In this document: positions 20,055 through 34,180 of the stretch, piece after piece | Layout: every line of letters begins with the position of its first letter | Numbering within the stretch: the stretch's first letter is position 1 | NCBI GenBank assembly: GCA_945861855.1 | Contig: CAMAWG010000001.1 | Location: forward strand, 14,985-78,984 | DNA length: 64,000 nt | Direction of reading: 5' to 3' | From: Rhodoplanes serenus | Lineage (GTDB): Bacteria; Pseudomonadota; Alphaproteobacteria; Rhizobiales; Xanthobacteraceae | Position numbers and translations under genes: made by a program | The notes under the pieces: generated by a model | What the model saw: only the letters and a program-made list of their open reading frames with translations | What the model was told of the DNA's origin: nothing | Databases searched by the model: none

Positions 20055-22133
20055 TCAGCCTCTCCAAACCGTGATGACGAGATCGCCGAACGCATCCACC
20101 TCGACGGCGTCGCCGGGGTGCAGCACCGTGGTGGAGGCGTGCTCCTCGATCAGCGCCGGCCCGGCGATCCTGTTGCCGGCTTTCAGCGCCGGCCGATCAT
20201 AGGTCGGTGTCTCGACAAATCCCGAGTCTGCGAAATAGACCGCCCGATTGCCTCGAAACGCCGCGGCGTCCGGCGCAGGCCCCCCGTTGTCGATATGCTC
20301 GAACGGCGGCTTTCGCATCTCGCCGATGATGGCGCTGCGGAGACTGACGATCTCGGCCTTTTCGGTGGCGACCGAAAAGCCGTACCGCGTCTGGTGCACG
20401 GCATCGAACAGCCTCTTGATGCCGTCGCGATCCTGCGCAGTGAACAGCTCGATGGGCAGGTCGACGGTGACGGCATGCTCCTGCCCGACGTAGCGCATGT
20501 CGGCGGAGCGCCTCACTGCGATGCCCGAGAGCGTCTGGCCTCGCGAGACGGTGTCGCGGCCGCGCCGCTCCATCTCCGCGAATATCTCCTCCATCGCCGG
20601 GAACGATGCATCGGCCAGCGGGGTGAACCAGGTGTTGACGAAATCGCGGCGGAGGTCGGCGACCAGCATGCCGCAGGCCGAAAAGTGCCCTGGCGCGCGG
20701 GGAATGATCACGGTGCCGATGGACAATTCGCGTGCCACCGCGGAGGCGTGCAGCGGCCCCGCGCCGCCATAGGCGACGAGCGCGAAGTCGGCGGCGTCGA
20801 GGCCGCGCTCGGTTGTGACCCAGCGCACCACATGGGCCATCTTGGTGGTGGCGATGCGGAGGATGCCCTCGGCCGCTTCGATGGGATCGAGGCCGAGCGG
20901 CGCGGCGATTTTTTCGGTCAGGGCCTTCTTTGCAGCATCCAGATCGAGCTTCATCTCGCCGCCGAGAAAGCGGTCGGCGCCGAGGCGCCCGAGCACCAGG
21001 TTGGCGTCGGTGATGGTCGGCTCGGTGCCGCCGAGACCATAGCAGACCGGGCCGGGCGCGGCGCCTGCGCTCTCCGGCCCCACACGCAAGGCGTTGCCGA
21101 CCTCGACGCGGGCGATGCTGCCGCCGCCGGTGCCGACCTCCTGGATGTCGATCATCGGCATCTGCACCGGCAGGCCGGTGGCATAACCGCCGATCAGCGC
21201 CGAACCGGTCATCAGGACGTGGCCTTCGAAAATCACCCCCGCCTTGGCGGTGGTGCCGCCCATGTCGAAGGCTATGGCATTGGAAATGCCGATGGAATCG
21301 CAAAGCGCCTTGGTCCCCACGACACCGGCGGCAGGACCGGATTCCAGCATGCGGATGCAGGATTGCCGGGCGTCGCCTACGTCGAACAGGCCGCCCGTGG
21401 ACTGCACGATCAGGAAATTGCCGCCGAATCCGGCATCGTCGAGGTGCGACTCCATCTCAGCGAGATAGCGCTGCACGCGGGGGCCGACGTAGGCGTTGGC
21501 CGCTGCTGTGGAGGTCCGCTCGTACTCGCGATACTCCTGACTGAGTTCATGCGAGGCGGTAACGAAGAGTTGCGGAAAGTGCGCTTCGATGATCGCCTTG
21601 GCGCGCTGCTCGTGGGCCGGATTGCGATACGAGTGCAGGAACAGGATGGCGATGGCCTGCACGCCCTGATCGACAGCGGTTTTTGCGACCGCCAGGACCT
21701 GCTCCTCGTCGAGCGGAATCAGCACAGTCCCCTGCGAGTCCATCCGCTCCATGATCTCGAAGCGCAGGTCGCGGTCGATCAGCGGCGCGTGCTTGTGGAA
21801 GAACAGGTTGTAGGACTCCGGCCGGTTGACGCGGCCGATCTCGTAGATGTCGCGGAAGCCTTGCGTGGTGAGCAGCGCGCATTTCGCGCCGCTGCGCTCG
21901 AGGATCGTGTTGATCGCGACCGTGGTGCCGTGCAGGAACAGCTTCGCCGCCGAGAATTTCGAGCCGGCCTTGACGACGCCGTTCTCGATGCCGGTGACGA
22001 GCCGCTGCGGCGTGGTCAGCGTCTTGCCGAGGCGAAGCGCCCCGGTCGCCTCGTCGAACGCCGCGACGTCGGTGAAGGTGCCGCCGACGTCGGCGGACAG
22101 GCGGATCGCGGAATCGCGCAACGGGGCATTCAC
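20055..22133 (-). CDS. Hydantoinase A / oxoprolinase family protein (copy 1)
   Basis: ADVGGTFTD, HGTTVAIN, EYREYERTST, ESGPAAG, DMGGTT, GTGGGS, YGGAGPLH. Confidence 0.92.
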   Translation of the reverse strand: MNAPLRDSAIRLSADVGGTFTDVAAFDEATGALRLGKTLTTPQRLVTGIENGVVKAGSKFSAAKLFLHGTTVAINTILERSGAKCALLTTQGFRDIYEIGRVNRPESYNLFFHKHAPLIDRDLRFEIMERMDSQGTVLIPLDEEQVLAVAKTAVDQGVQAIAILFLHSYRNPAHEQRAKAIIEAHFPQLFVTASHELSQEYREYERTSTAAANAYVGPRVQRYLAEMESHLDDAGFGGNFLIVQSTGGLFDVGDARQSCIRMLESGPAAGVVGTKALCDSIGISNAIAFDMGGTTAKAGVIFEGHVLMTGSALIGGYATGLPVQMPMIDIQEVGTGGGSIARVEVGNALRVGPESAGAAPGPVCYGLGGTEPTITDANLVLGRLGADRFLGGEMKLDLDAAKKALTEKIAAPLGLDPIEAAEGILRIATTKMAHVVRWVTTERGLDAADFALVAYGGAGPLHASAVARELSIGTVIIPRAPGHFSACGMLVADLRRDFVNTWFTPLADASFPAMEEIFAEMERRGRDTVSRGQTLSGIAVRRSADMRYVGQEHAVTVDLPIELFTAQDRDGIKRLFDAVHQTRYGFSVATEKAEIVSLRSAIIGEMRKPPFEHIDNGGPAPDAAAFRGNRAVYFADSGFVETPTYDRPALKAGNRIAGPALIEEHASTTVLHPGDAVEVDAFGDLVITVWRG

Positions 22134-22175
22134 GTTTTAAGACTCCTCAAGACTTCAACCACACATCGCAAGTGC

Positions 22176-22268
22176 GACCCCCACCCCGACCCTCCCCCTT
22201 TCAGGGGGAGGGAGAACACGCTGCACGGTCTTCCTCCCCCTGAAAGGGGGAGGAATGTGGTGGGGGTC
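22176..22268. repeat. 93-bp REP/MITE-like nested palindrome (family B)
   Basis: GACCCCCACC...GGTGGGGGTC termini with two CCTCCCCCT-N-AGGGGGAGG hairpins; about 6 mismatches to the reverse complement of 62724-62816. Confidence 0.85.
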
Positions 22269-22288
22269 ATTGACCGGGCACGCTGTCA

Positions 22289-23386
22289 TCAGTCCTGATC
22301 CAAAAACACTTCATAGATCTGCGCGTGGCCCGTTTTGTCCGACGTGAACACCACGCGCGAGCCATCCGGCGAGAAGCGCGGATGAGGGTGCGTGTGCTGC
22401 GCGGCTTCGACCGCGACCGGCCCGTCATTGTAGGGGAACGGCCCTCCCCAGTGCTTGCCCTCGGACGACGCATCGCTGGCGCAGAGTGGTTCAGCCTCGT
22501 CGGCGGGATCGCCATCGACATCGAACGTATACAAGCCGCGATCGGGAAAATTGGTGTCGCAGACAAACCGTTCACCGGCGTCATCCGGCGCCGCGTGCCA
22601 CGCCGGCGAGTACGTGAGTTGGCGCACCACTCCGCGATCCACGTCGATCATCTGCATGCCGCGCGGCCAGTCGACGAAGGCAACGGTGCGCCGGCCCGGC
22701 ACCCATACCTCGTGGGTGACCCATTGCATATTGTCTTTGCGTTCGTACAGCCGGCGGTTCTTCGCGCCGCTTCGGTCGGTCAGCCAGACCCGGTCGGTCA
22801 GCGGGCCGGCATACAGAATGAGATCGTCGTCATCCGGGCAGAACTGTGGATGGCCGATGGTGTCGCGCTCCAGGAACACCGATGATGTCTTCTTCTCGGT
22901 ATCGACCAGCACGAAGCGAGTCACCGGGCCGGACTTGACCGGCACCGCCCACCAGCGACCGCCCGCCGAAAGCGCCGTTGTGCCCATCGCAGCGCCGACC
23001 ATGCCCTTCTCGCGCATCTCGACTGCGCCGAAATCGGCAAGCTGCTCCTCCTGGAATGTGCCGAGGTTCACGCGCCAGCCCGCGGTGCCGGCGGTGAAAT
23101 AGACATAGCGGCCGTCGGCCGAAGGGATGATCGACCAGTCCGCGAGATCGGGCCGGTCGGTCGCCTGGACAAGCTCGCCGTTAGCGCGGTCCTCGAAGAA
23201 GATTTGCGGCAGGCCGGTGCGGTACGAGACGAAGATCAACCTTTTCATCGCACGGTCATAGGCCGGCACGAAGAAGAACGGATGATGATGGATCGACGGA
23301 TGGTTCGTGATCTGCCGGACGTGCCGGCCGGAGGCGGCGTCGGCAAACTCGCGGCCTTCGGCAGGGTAACGCTGACCTTTTCTCAT
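22289..23386 (-). CDS. Oligogalacturonate lyase (Ogl/PL22)-like beta-propeller protein
   Basis: GHPQFCP, THEVW, HTHPHPRFSPDGSRVVFTSD; no signal peptide. Confidence 0.65.
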   Translation of the reverse strand: MRKGQRYPAEGREFADAASGRHVRQITNHPSIHHHPFFFVPAYDRAMKRLIFVSYRTGLPQIFFEDRANGELVQATDRPDLADWSIIPSADGRYVYFTAGTAGWRVNLGTFQEEQLADFGAVEMREKGMVGAAMGTTALSAGGRWWAVPVKSGPVTRFVLVDTEKKTSSVFLERDTIGHPQFCPDDDDLILYAGPLTDRVWLTDRSGAKNRRLYERKDNMQWVTHEVWVPGRRTVAFVDWPRGMQMIDVDRGVVRQLTYSPAWHAAPDDAGERFVCDTNFPDRGLYTFDVDGDPADEAEPLCASDASSEGKHWGGPFPYNDGPVAVEAAQHTHPHPRFSPDGSRVVFTSDKTGHAQIYEVFLDQD

Positions 23387-23450
23387 TCACAAATCACTAA
23401 AGCATCGTCCATTCGGGTTGAAGCGCTGTGGTACGAATGTCCCACAGCAT

Positions 23451-23598
23451 CCCTCCCCGTTTTCGGGGAGGGTGGCTCGCGCGGAGGCGAAGCCGAGCGC
23501 GAGTCGGGTGGGGGCTGAAGTTCACCCCACCCGGCCGCTCGCTTCGCTCGCGTCCACCCTCCCCCGAGCGGGGGAGGGATGGCGCCCTGCGTGGGGTG
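23451..23598. repeat. REP-like composite palindrome (family B variant)
   Basis: CCCTCCCC-gttttc-GGGGAGGG, CCCCACCCGGCCGCTCGCTTCGCTCG, CCCTCCCCC-gagc-GGGGGAGGG. Confidence 0.7.
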
Positions 23599-23655
23599 AT
23601 GGTCGAGCAGAAAGAAGCCCCCTCAGGTTTTATACGCCTTCGCGGCGCGGAACCG

Positions 23656-24750
23656 CTATGCACGAATTGCGCGCACATCGAAGGCGGCGACGGGGCGGTG
23701 GAACCCCTTCAGCTCGAGTTCGCCGACCGGGGCGGTCTCGGCCAGCGTTTCCACGGCGGTGTGGACCTTGCCGTCGATCAGGATCTGGCCGCTCTTGGCC
23801 TCGCCGCAGAGCCGGGCGGCGAGATTCACCACCCGGCCGATGGCGGTGTAGTCGAAGCGGCCCTCCGAGCTGATGCGGCCGAGCGTGGCATAGCCATGGG
23901 CGATGCCGACGCCGAAGCCGAGATCGTGGCCGAGCCGCTTCCATTTGGCGGCGAGCTCGATGACCCGGTCGCGCATCTGCACCGCCATCTTCACCCCGCG
24001 CTCGCAGGGGTCGGGGCAGGGCATCGGGTCGTTGAACAGCACCATCAGGCCGTCGCCGGCGAAGCGCTCCAGGGTGCCCTCGAAGGTGTTGATGATTCCG
24101 GCGAGCCCGTCGTGGTACTCGCGCAGCACGGTCATCACCTCCTCGGGTTCGGCGGTTTCCGCGAACGACGTGAAGCCGCGCAGATCGCAGAACACGATGG
24201 TGACGTCCTTGCGGTGGCTGTCGAGCAGCTTCTCGCCGCCAGAGGAGAGGACGAGTTCGGCGATCTGCGGCGACAGGAACCGCTTCAATCACGACATGCG
24301 CTCGATCTCGCCGAGCTGGTCGGCGACGCGCTGTTCGAGGTTGCGGTTCATGTCGGTGACCTGGTCGTGCAGTTGCTTGAGGCGCAGCACGGACTTGACC
24401 CGCGCCACCAGCGCCATCTGGTCGATCGGCTTGGTGAGATATTCGTCGGCGCCGGCCTCGAGGCCCGAGACGACGTCCTTGGTATCGGCCTTGGCGGTGC
24501 ACAGGATGATCGGCGTGAACGGCATCGTCGCGTCGTTCTTGATCCGCCGGCAGACCTCGATGCCATCGATCTTCGGCATCATGATGTCGAGCAGGATCAG
24601 GTCTGGCAGCAGCTCCCTGGCGGCGGCAAGCGCCTCCTCGCCGTCGGCGGCCTGCCTGAGCTCGTAGCCTTGCGGGCCGAGCCGCGCCATCAGGATGTCG
24701 CGGTTGGTCTCGTTATCATCGACGATCAGGATGCGCGGCGGATTGTGCAT
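23656..24750 (-). pseudogene. Response regulator-class III adenylate/guanylate cyclase fusion interrupted by an in-frame TGA at 24289-24291
   Basis: Receiver ORF (LIVDD, LLDIMMP, CTAK, TKP) continues in frame through ATG TCG TGA TTG AAG CGG into a cyclase (FCDLRGFT, FAGDG, YTAIGRVVNLAARL). Confidence 0.8.
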
Positions 24751-24780
24751 GAGTTACCCGGTACGCTCGCTCTGCACGCT

Positions 24781-25146
24781 CTACTTCGGCAGGTATTCGC
24801 GGATCTTCGCCAGCAGCGCACGCGGACTGTAGGGCTTGGTGACGTAGGCGTCGCAGCCGGCTTCGCGCGCCTTGCCCTCGTCGCCGGAAAGCGCATACGA
24901 GGTGACGACGATGATCGGAATGCTCTTGAACTCCGGCATGGCCTTGATGCGGCGCGTCGCCTCGTAGCCGTCCATGATCGGGAGCTGGATGTCCATCAGG
25001 ATCAGGTCGGGCTTGTGCTCGGCGACGGCGGTGAGCGCCTCCTGGCCGTTCTCGGCCTCGGCCATGTCGTAGCCGGCGCTCGACAGCAGATCGCGCAGGA
25101 TCTGCCGGTTGTCCTCCTGATCCTCGACCACAAGAATCTTCGTCAT
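24781..25146 (-). CDS. Single-domain response regulator (DivK/CheY-like)
   Basis: ILVVED, LMDIQLP, VTSYAL, VTKPY. Confidence 0.92.
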   Translation of the reverse strand: MTKILVVEDQEDNRQILRDLLSSAGYDMAEAENGQEALTAVAEHKPDLILMDIQLPIMDGYEATRRIKAMPEFKSIPIIVVTSYALSGDEGKAREAGCDAYVTKPYSPRALLAKIREYLPK

Positions 25147-28100
25147 GGCTGCCTCGCCTGTTCAACCTTGATGGGAAGCGTGAGTGAGAATGTCGAACCC
25201 TGGCCGGGCCGGGACTCTACCCAAATCCGGCCGCCGTGCATCTCGACGATTCGCTTGGAAATCGCGAGCCCCAGGCCGGTGCCGCCCTTGACCTTGGTGA
25301 TCGAGCTGTCGGCCTGCTGGAATTCCTGGAACAGCTTCTCCTGATCGGCCTCGGAGATGCCCGGGCCGGTGTCGCGCACCGCCAGTTTGAACGATCCGTT
25401 GGCGGTCGAAGCCACGATCGCAACCTCGCCCTTGTCGGTGAACTTGATGGCGTTGCCGACGAGATTGAGAAGCACCTGGGTGAGCCTTCGCTCGTCGCCG
25501 CGGCCGCCGGGCATGTTGGGCGCCATCTCGACCTTGAAGGCGAGCCTCTTCTCCGCCGCGAGCGGCTCCACCGCGCTGAAGACGCCGTGCACCACGTCTC
25601 GGATCGAGTAGTCGTCGAGCGCCAGCACGAGCTGGCCGGCCTCGATCTTGGAGAGGTCGAGCACGTCGTTGATCAGGCCGAGCAGGTGCTTGCCGTTCTT
25701 GGAGATGCGGTCGAGCACGGCGACCATCTTCTCCGGCGGCGCGCCATAGACGCTGTCCTGGATCAGCTCGGTGTAGCCCAGGATGGCGTTCAATGGCGTG
25801 CGCAGCTCGTGGCTCATGTTGGCGAGGAAGCGCGACTTGTGCTCGCTCGCCTCGGCGAGCTGGCGGCTCTTGTCCTGGATCTCGTCGAACAGCCGCACGT
25901 TCTCGATGGCGATCACGGCCTGGTCGGCGAAGGTGGTGACAACTTCGATCTGTTTATCGGTGAAGGGGCGAGGCATGGAACGCATGAGGACAATCACGCC
26001 GATCGGATTTCCTTCTCGTATGAGAGGAACGCCGAGCACGGCACGAAAGCCGGCCCGCTTTTGATTCTCCAGCGCCGTGTATTCGGGATCGGCCAGAACG
26101 TCGGAAACGTGAACCGTTTTCCCCTCACGCACGGTTCGACCCAGGACGCTGCCCCGCGCGGGCTCGAACGGGATGCTTTCTGAAATATAGTCTTTGTATT
26201 CCTGCGAGAAACCATAGGTCGCGATCTGCTGGTAGCCTGAGCCTTGTTGACGGTGGATCGCCGCCATGTCTGCCTCGCACAATCGAGCCGCCGACACGAC
26301 CAGTGTGTCCAGCACGGTCTGCAAGTCGAACGTCGAGCGGCTGATGACCTTGAGCACGTCGGCGGTGGCGGTCTGCTGCTCCAGCGCCTCGCTGAGATCG
26401 TCGGTGCGCTGGCGCAGCTCGTTGAGTAGGCGCGCGTTCTCGATGGCGATGACGGCCTGGGCTGCGAAGTTCTGCACCAGCTCGATCTGCTTGTCGGTGA
26501 AGGGTCGCACCTCCTGACGGTAGATGCCGATCGCGCCGATGAGATTCGCGTCTTTGAACATTGGCAACAGGAGCAATGTTCGGATGCCGCCAAGCTCGAC
26601 ACCGGCAACCGTCAGCGGGTCGCCGTCGATGAAGGATCGATCCACGCTGTAGTCGACGATGTGCACGGTGCGGCCGGTCTGGGCGAGACGGCTGGTCGCG
26701 TTGTGCGGGCTCGGCTGTTGGCGCCCGCGTTGCCAGAACTCGGCAAGCGCCTGCGGCACGCCAAGACTCGATATGAGCCGCGGAGAGCCATCCTCGAACC
26801 GCAGCAGCGTGCCGAACTTGGCCTCGCAGATGCGCGTGGCGTTCGCCAGGATCGATTGAAACACCGGCTGCAACTCGCCGGAAGACGCGGCGATGACGCC
26901 GAGCACCTCGCTCGTCGCGGTCTGCTGCTCCAGCGCCTCGCTGAGATCGTCGGTGCGCTGGCGCAGCTCGTTGAGCAGTCGTGCGTTCTCGATCGCGATC
27001 ACCGCTTGCGCGGCGAAGTTCGAAACCAACGCGATCTGCTTGTCGGTGAAGGGGCGAACCTCCTGGCGGTAAATGTTGATCGCGCCGACAACCTCTTCAT
27101 TCTTGAGCATCGGTACGACGACGAGCGTGCGCGCGCCAGCGTGCTGCGCAAATATGCCGCCAGTATAACCCGGCACTGCGGCAATATCGGGTATTTGCAT
27201 GGCCTGTCTTGTCGTTGCAACGCTTGCGAGCGCGCTATCAGCAGGTGGCTTGAAACTTGGTTGGCGCCGACGCAGATCGGCATACTCGGGTGGAGCGCCA
27301 TATGTCGCCTCGACGCGATAGAGCTCTCCCTCGCGACGGTAAAGCACGCCCAATCTTGCTTCACAGATGCGACTCGCATTTTCCAGTATGGCGTCGAACA
27401 CCGGCTGCAATTCGCCCGGCGAACTTGAGATGACCTTCAGCACCTCGCTGGTCGCCGTCTGCTGCTCCAGCGCCTCGCTGAGATCGTCGGTGCGCTGGCG
27501 CAGTTCGTTGAGGAGCCGCGTGTTCTCGATGGCGATCACGGCCTGCGCGGCGAAGTTCTGCACCAGCTCGATCTGCTTGCCGGTGAAGGGTCGAACCTCC
27601 TGGCGATAGAGGACGATGGCGCCGGCGAGCTCATCGTCCTTGAGCATCGGCACCGCAAGGAAGGTGCGCGTCTTCAGCCACTTTGCAGCCGCCATGCGCA
27701 ACGGATCGCGCTCCGCGTAGGCTCGATCGGCAGTGAGGTCTGCGACATGAACGACCTGCTTCGTGCTGATGACGCGGCCCAAGCCGGTGTGTGGGCCTGG
27801 GCGGTACGGCCCGCTTCGATACATCTCGACATACTCGGCTGGGGCGTTGTGCATGGCCGCAGGGCTGAAGCCTTGTCCGTCGTACAGAAACAGATTCCCA
27901 AGGGGCGCTTCGCAAATACGCATGGCATTCGTCAACATGGCGTCGAACACGAGCTTCAAGTCGCCCGGTGAACTGGATATGACCTTGAGCACCTCGCTCG
28001 TCGCGGTCTGTTGCTCCAGCGATTCGCTGAGATCGTCGGTGCGCTGGCGCAATTCGTTGAGCAACCGCGTGTTCTCGATGGCGATCACGGCCTGCGCGGC

Positions 28101-29209
28101 GAAGTTTGAAACCAGCTCGATCTGCTTGCCGGTGAAGGGCAAGACCGCGTCGCGGTAAATCGCGAAGACGCCGACGATGGCGTCGTCCTTGAGCAGCGGG
28201 ACGCCGAGATAGGTCCGCGCACCGCCGAGCTTGGCAGCCGGACTCGACAGGCTGTCGTCCTTGGCGACGTTCTTGACGTGTACCAGTTGTTTGGTCTGAA
28301 CGACGCGCTCCATGACGCTGCCCGGCCGCGGCGCGGCCGCGGCATGCTTGTCCAGATAGCGGGCAAGCGGCTTCGGCACGCCGCGATGGGCCATCGGCAG
28401 GATCGTGCCGCTCTCGCACTTGAACAGGACGCCGAATTTCGCTTCGCAGATGCGGGTCGCGTTCTCCAGCATGGTGTCGAACACCGGCCCCAGATCGCCG
28501 GGCGAGCTTGAAATGACCTTGAGCACTTCCGAGGTCGCGGTCTGCTGCTCCAGCGATTCGCTGAGATCGCCGGTGCGCTGGCGCAATTCGTTCAGCAGCC
28601 GGGCGTTCTCGATGGCGACGGCGGCCTGCGCGGCAAAGCCTTCGAGCAGTTCGATCTGCCGGGCCGTGAAGGGGCGAACCTGCCGGCGATAGATGATCAG
28701 CGCGCCGACAAACTTGCCGTCCATCAGGATCGGGACCGCAAGCTGCGACCGGGCGCCGCCGAGCCGCGCCGCCACGCCGGGCGTTGGCTCCGCGCCGGCA
28801 TCGATGGTGTGCTTGAGCTTTTTGGTCCGGATCATGTCGTGGAAGGCGTTGCCCGGCTCCGGCATGAATGCGCCGCGGCGGCGCTGAAACTCCACCATCG
28901 CGCGCGGTGTGCCGACGTTGGCGGCCCAATGGAAGAGTTTGCCGTCGAAGCGGAACAGCGTGCCGAAGTTGGCCTCGCTGATACGCACCGCGTGTTTCAG
29001 GAGCGTGTCGAACACCGGCTTGAGATTGCCAGACGAGCGCCGGATCGCCTCCAGCACTTCGGCCGTGGCCTTCTGCTGCGCCTTCGTCTCGGCAAGCTCG
29101 CGCTTGAGCTTTGCCGCCGTCGATGCTGCCCCGGTGGCGGTCCCGCGCCGGCCCGGCGCCCCCGTGCGGCGGCGCGGCGTCTTGGCAGCAGTTTTGCGCC
29201 CCCGCGCCT

Positions 29210-29213
<4 letters not shown>
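25143..29213 (-). CDS. Cytoplasmic histidine kinase with six tandem GAF domains
   Basis: Five repeats of the linker [52 protein letters not shown]; [30 protein letters not shown]; ATGA overlap at 29210-29213. Confidence 0.9.
26343..28692. repeat. Five in-frame ~180-bp inter-GAF linker repeats (about 26343-26523, 26892-27072, 27429-27609, 27978-28158, 28512-28692)
   Basis: Spacings of 549/537/549/534 nt; 56-nt stretch GTCTGCTGCTCCAGCGCCTCGCTGAGATCGTCGGTGCGCTGGCGCAGCTCGTTGAG identical at 26371 and 26920; related copies at ~30460-30590 and ~30940-30990. Confidence 0.85.
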
Positions 29214-32173
<2,960 letters not shown>

Positions 32174-32415
32174 TCGATCGCTTTGTTGGCCGCGCTGGCG
32201 CTGGCCCGGCGCGGAAAGGGTGCCACCTCAACCGGAATTTCCCTAGCAAAATACACGACCTAGCCGTGTGGGCGGAAGGGTCCGCCGCCTCCCGTGCCCC
32301 TTTGCCGTGTCCTATTCTGGGGTAAATTGATCCAATCGGCGCCTGTCGGCGCGCTCCGCTCCGCCACAAGCCATCCGCCTCGCCCGCCCCTCCCGCGCAC
32401 CCCGGCAAACTCGGC

Positions 32416-33414
32416 ATGATGATCGACGCCTTCAACCACTTCATGCCCAAGGCGTATCTCGACCGCCTGGGCAGCCTCATTCCTGGCCATCCTGTGCTGA
32501 CCGCGTTCCCGCGGCTCAAGACCCTGTGGGACGTCGATGCGCGCCGCGCGCTGATGGACGAATTTCCGGGCACGCAGCATGTGCTGTCGCTTGCCAATCC
32601 GCCGCCCGAGCTGATCGGCCCGCCGGACAAGACGCCGGAGCTGGTCCGGATGGCGAACGATGCGCTCGCGGAGATTTGCCGCAAGCATCCCGATCATTTC
32701 CCGGCGTTCATCGCCTCGCTGCCGATGAACAATGTCGAGGCGTCGGTCGTGGAGGCCGACCGCGCGGTGAAGGAGCTTGGCGCGCGCGGCGTGCAGGTGT
32801 TTACGAATGTCGCGGGCGAGCCGCTGTCGGCCGCGAAATTTCGCCCGGTGTTAGCGCGGATGGTAGAGCACGATCTTGGCGTCTGGGTGCATCCGATGCG
32901 CACCGCGCAGTTCTCCGACTACGCCAGCGAAAAGGAATCGCATAACGAAATCTGGTTCAGCTTCGGCTGGCCCTACGAGACCACCGCCTGCATGACGCGG
33001 CTGATCTATTCCGGGATTTTCGACGAGCTGCCCAATCTCAAGATCGTCAGCCACCACATGGGCGGCATGATCCCGTACTTCTCCGGCAAGATTAAGCTTG
33101 GCTTCCGGCAGATTTTCTTCGGCGGGCCGGAGCGCAACCCCACGGCCGAGGACGCCAAGCTGAAGAAGCCGCCGGTGCACTACTACAAGATGCTCTATGC
33201 CGACACGGCGCTGGGCGAGGTTGCGCCGACGCGCTGCGGGCATGCTTTCTTCGGCACTGACAAATGCGTGTTCGCGACCGACGCCCCGTTCGATTCCGAG
33301 CAGGGACGGGGACTGATCCGCAACACGATCGCGGCGGTGAATGCGCTGGAGATATCGCAGGCGGAGAAGGACGCGATTTTTTCTGGCAATGCCAAGAAGC
33401 TGCTGAAGTTGTAG
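32416..33414 (+). CDS. Amidohydrolase_2 family protein (ACMSD/aromatic-acid decarboxylase-like)
   Basis: IDAFNH, VWVHP, FGWPYET, VSHHMGG, YADTA, FATDAPF, GNAKKLL. Confidence 0.85.
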   Translation: MMIDAFNHFMPKAYLDRLGSLIPGHPVLTAFPRLKTLWDVDARRALMDEFPGTQHVLSLANPPPELIGPPDKTPELVRMANDALAEICRKHPDHFPAFIASLPMNNVEASVVEADRAVKELGARGVQVFTNVAGEPLSAAKFRPVLARMVEHDLGVWVHPMRTAQFSDYASEKESHNEIWFSFGWPYETTACMTRLIYSGIFDELPNLKIVSHHMGGMIPYFSGKIKLGFRQIFFGGPERNPTAEDAKLKKPPVHYYKMLYADTALGEVAPTRCGHAFFGTDKCVFATDAPFDSEQGRGLIRNTIAAVNALEISQAEKDAIFSGNAKKLLKL

Positions 33415-33437
33415 GACACGGGTGGAGAGGTCGAGGC

Positions 33438-34142
33438 ATGAGAACCGAAAACATCAAGGTCAAGCTCCGCGACGGCACGATGGGCGCCTACATCGCCTAT
33501 CCGGACAAGAGGCCCGTCGGCGCGGTCATCGCCATCATGGAAATCTGGGGCGTCAACGACACCATGCGCCAGCACGCCCATGAGTTCGCCGAAGCGGGCT
33601 TTATCTGCCTCGTGCCCGACCTGTTCTGGCGACAGGAGCCGGGCGTCGAACTGTCCGACAAGAATCCAGATCACGTGCAGAAGGCGTTCGATCTCTATTA
33701 CGAGTTCGACTATGACCTCGGCGTGCGCGACATGGAAGACGTCTGGCACTACCTGGAGAAAATCCCGGAGTGCAACGGCAAGGTTGGCGCGGTCGGCTAC
33801 TGCCTCGGCGGCAAGCTCTGCTACCTGATGTGCTGCCGCACCGACATCGACTGCGCGGTGGCCTATTACGGCACCTACATCGAGCATCGCATCGTCGAGG
33901 CGAAGAATCTGCACCGGCCGTTCGTGCTGCACATGGCGATGAAGGATCGCTGGGTGCAGGCGGAGGTCAACGACATGCTGGAGCGGCGGCTGTCACCAAA
34001 TCCGCTGGTGACGATCCACAAATATCCCGGCGCCGACCACGCCTTCGCCCGCCACGGCGGCAGGACCTACTCAAAGCCCGAGGCCGACCGGGCGCTGGCG
34101 CTGACCGTCGACTTCTTCAAAAAGCATCTGGGATCGGCGTAG
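33438..34142 (+). CDS. Dienelactone hydrolase family protein
   Basis: EIWGVN, PDLFWR, GYCLGG nucleophile, YPGADHAF. Confidence 0.9.
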   Translation: MRTENIKVKLRDGTMGAYIAYPDKRPVGAVIAIMEIWGVNDTMRQHAHEFAEAGFICLVPDLFWRQEPGVELSDKNPDHVQKAFDLYYEFDYDLGVRDMEDVWHYLEKIPECNGKVGAVGYCLGGKLCYLMCCRTDIDCAVAYYGTYIEHRIVEAKNLHRPFVLHMAMKDRWVQAEVNDMLERRLSPNPLVTIHKYPGADHAFARHGGRTYSKPEADRALALTVDFFKKHLGSA

Positions 34143-34180
34143 ACTGCGGCGTGGCCAATGACGGCACAGGGCAGTCACGC

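Noticed and set aside
24289-24291. Selenocysteine codon
   Set aside because: The TGA sits at an expected Arg in a coiled-coil linker rather than a Cys position, and I see no convincing SECIS hairpin.
26343-28692. CRISPR array or DGR template/variable repeats
   Set aside because: The repeats are in-frame coding linkers with ~540-nt periodicity. There is no cas or reverse transcriptase gene and no adenine-specific mismatch pattern.
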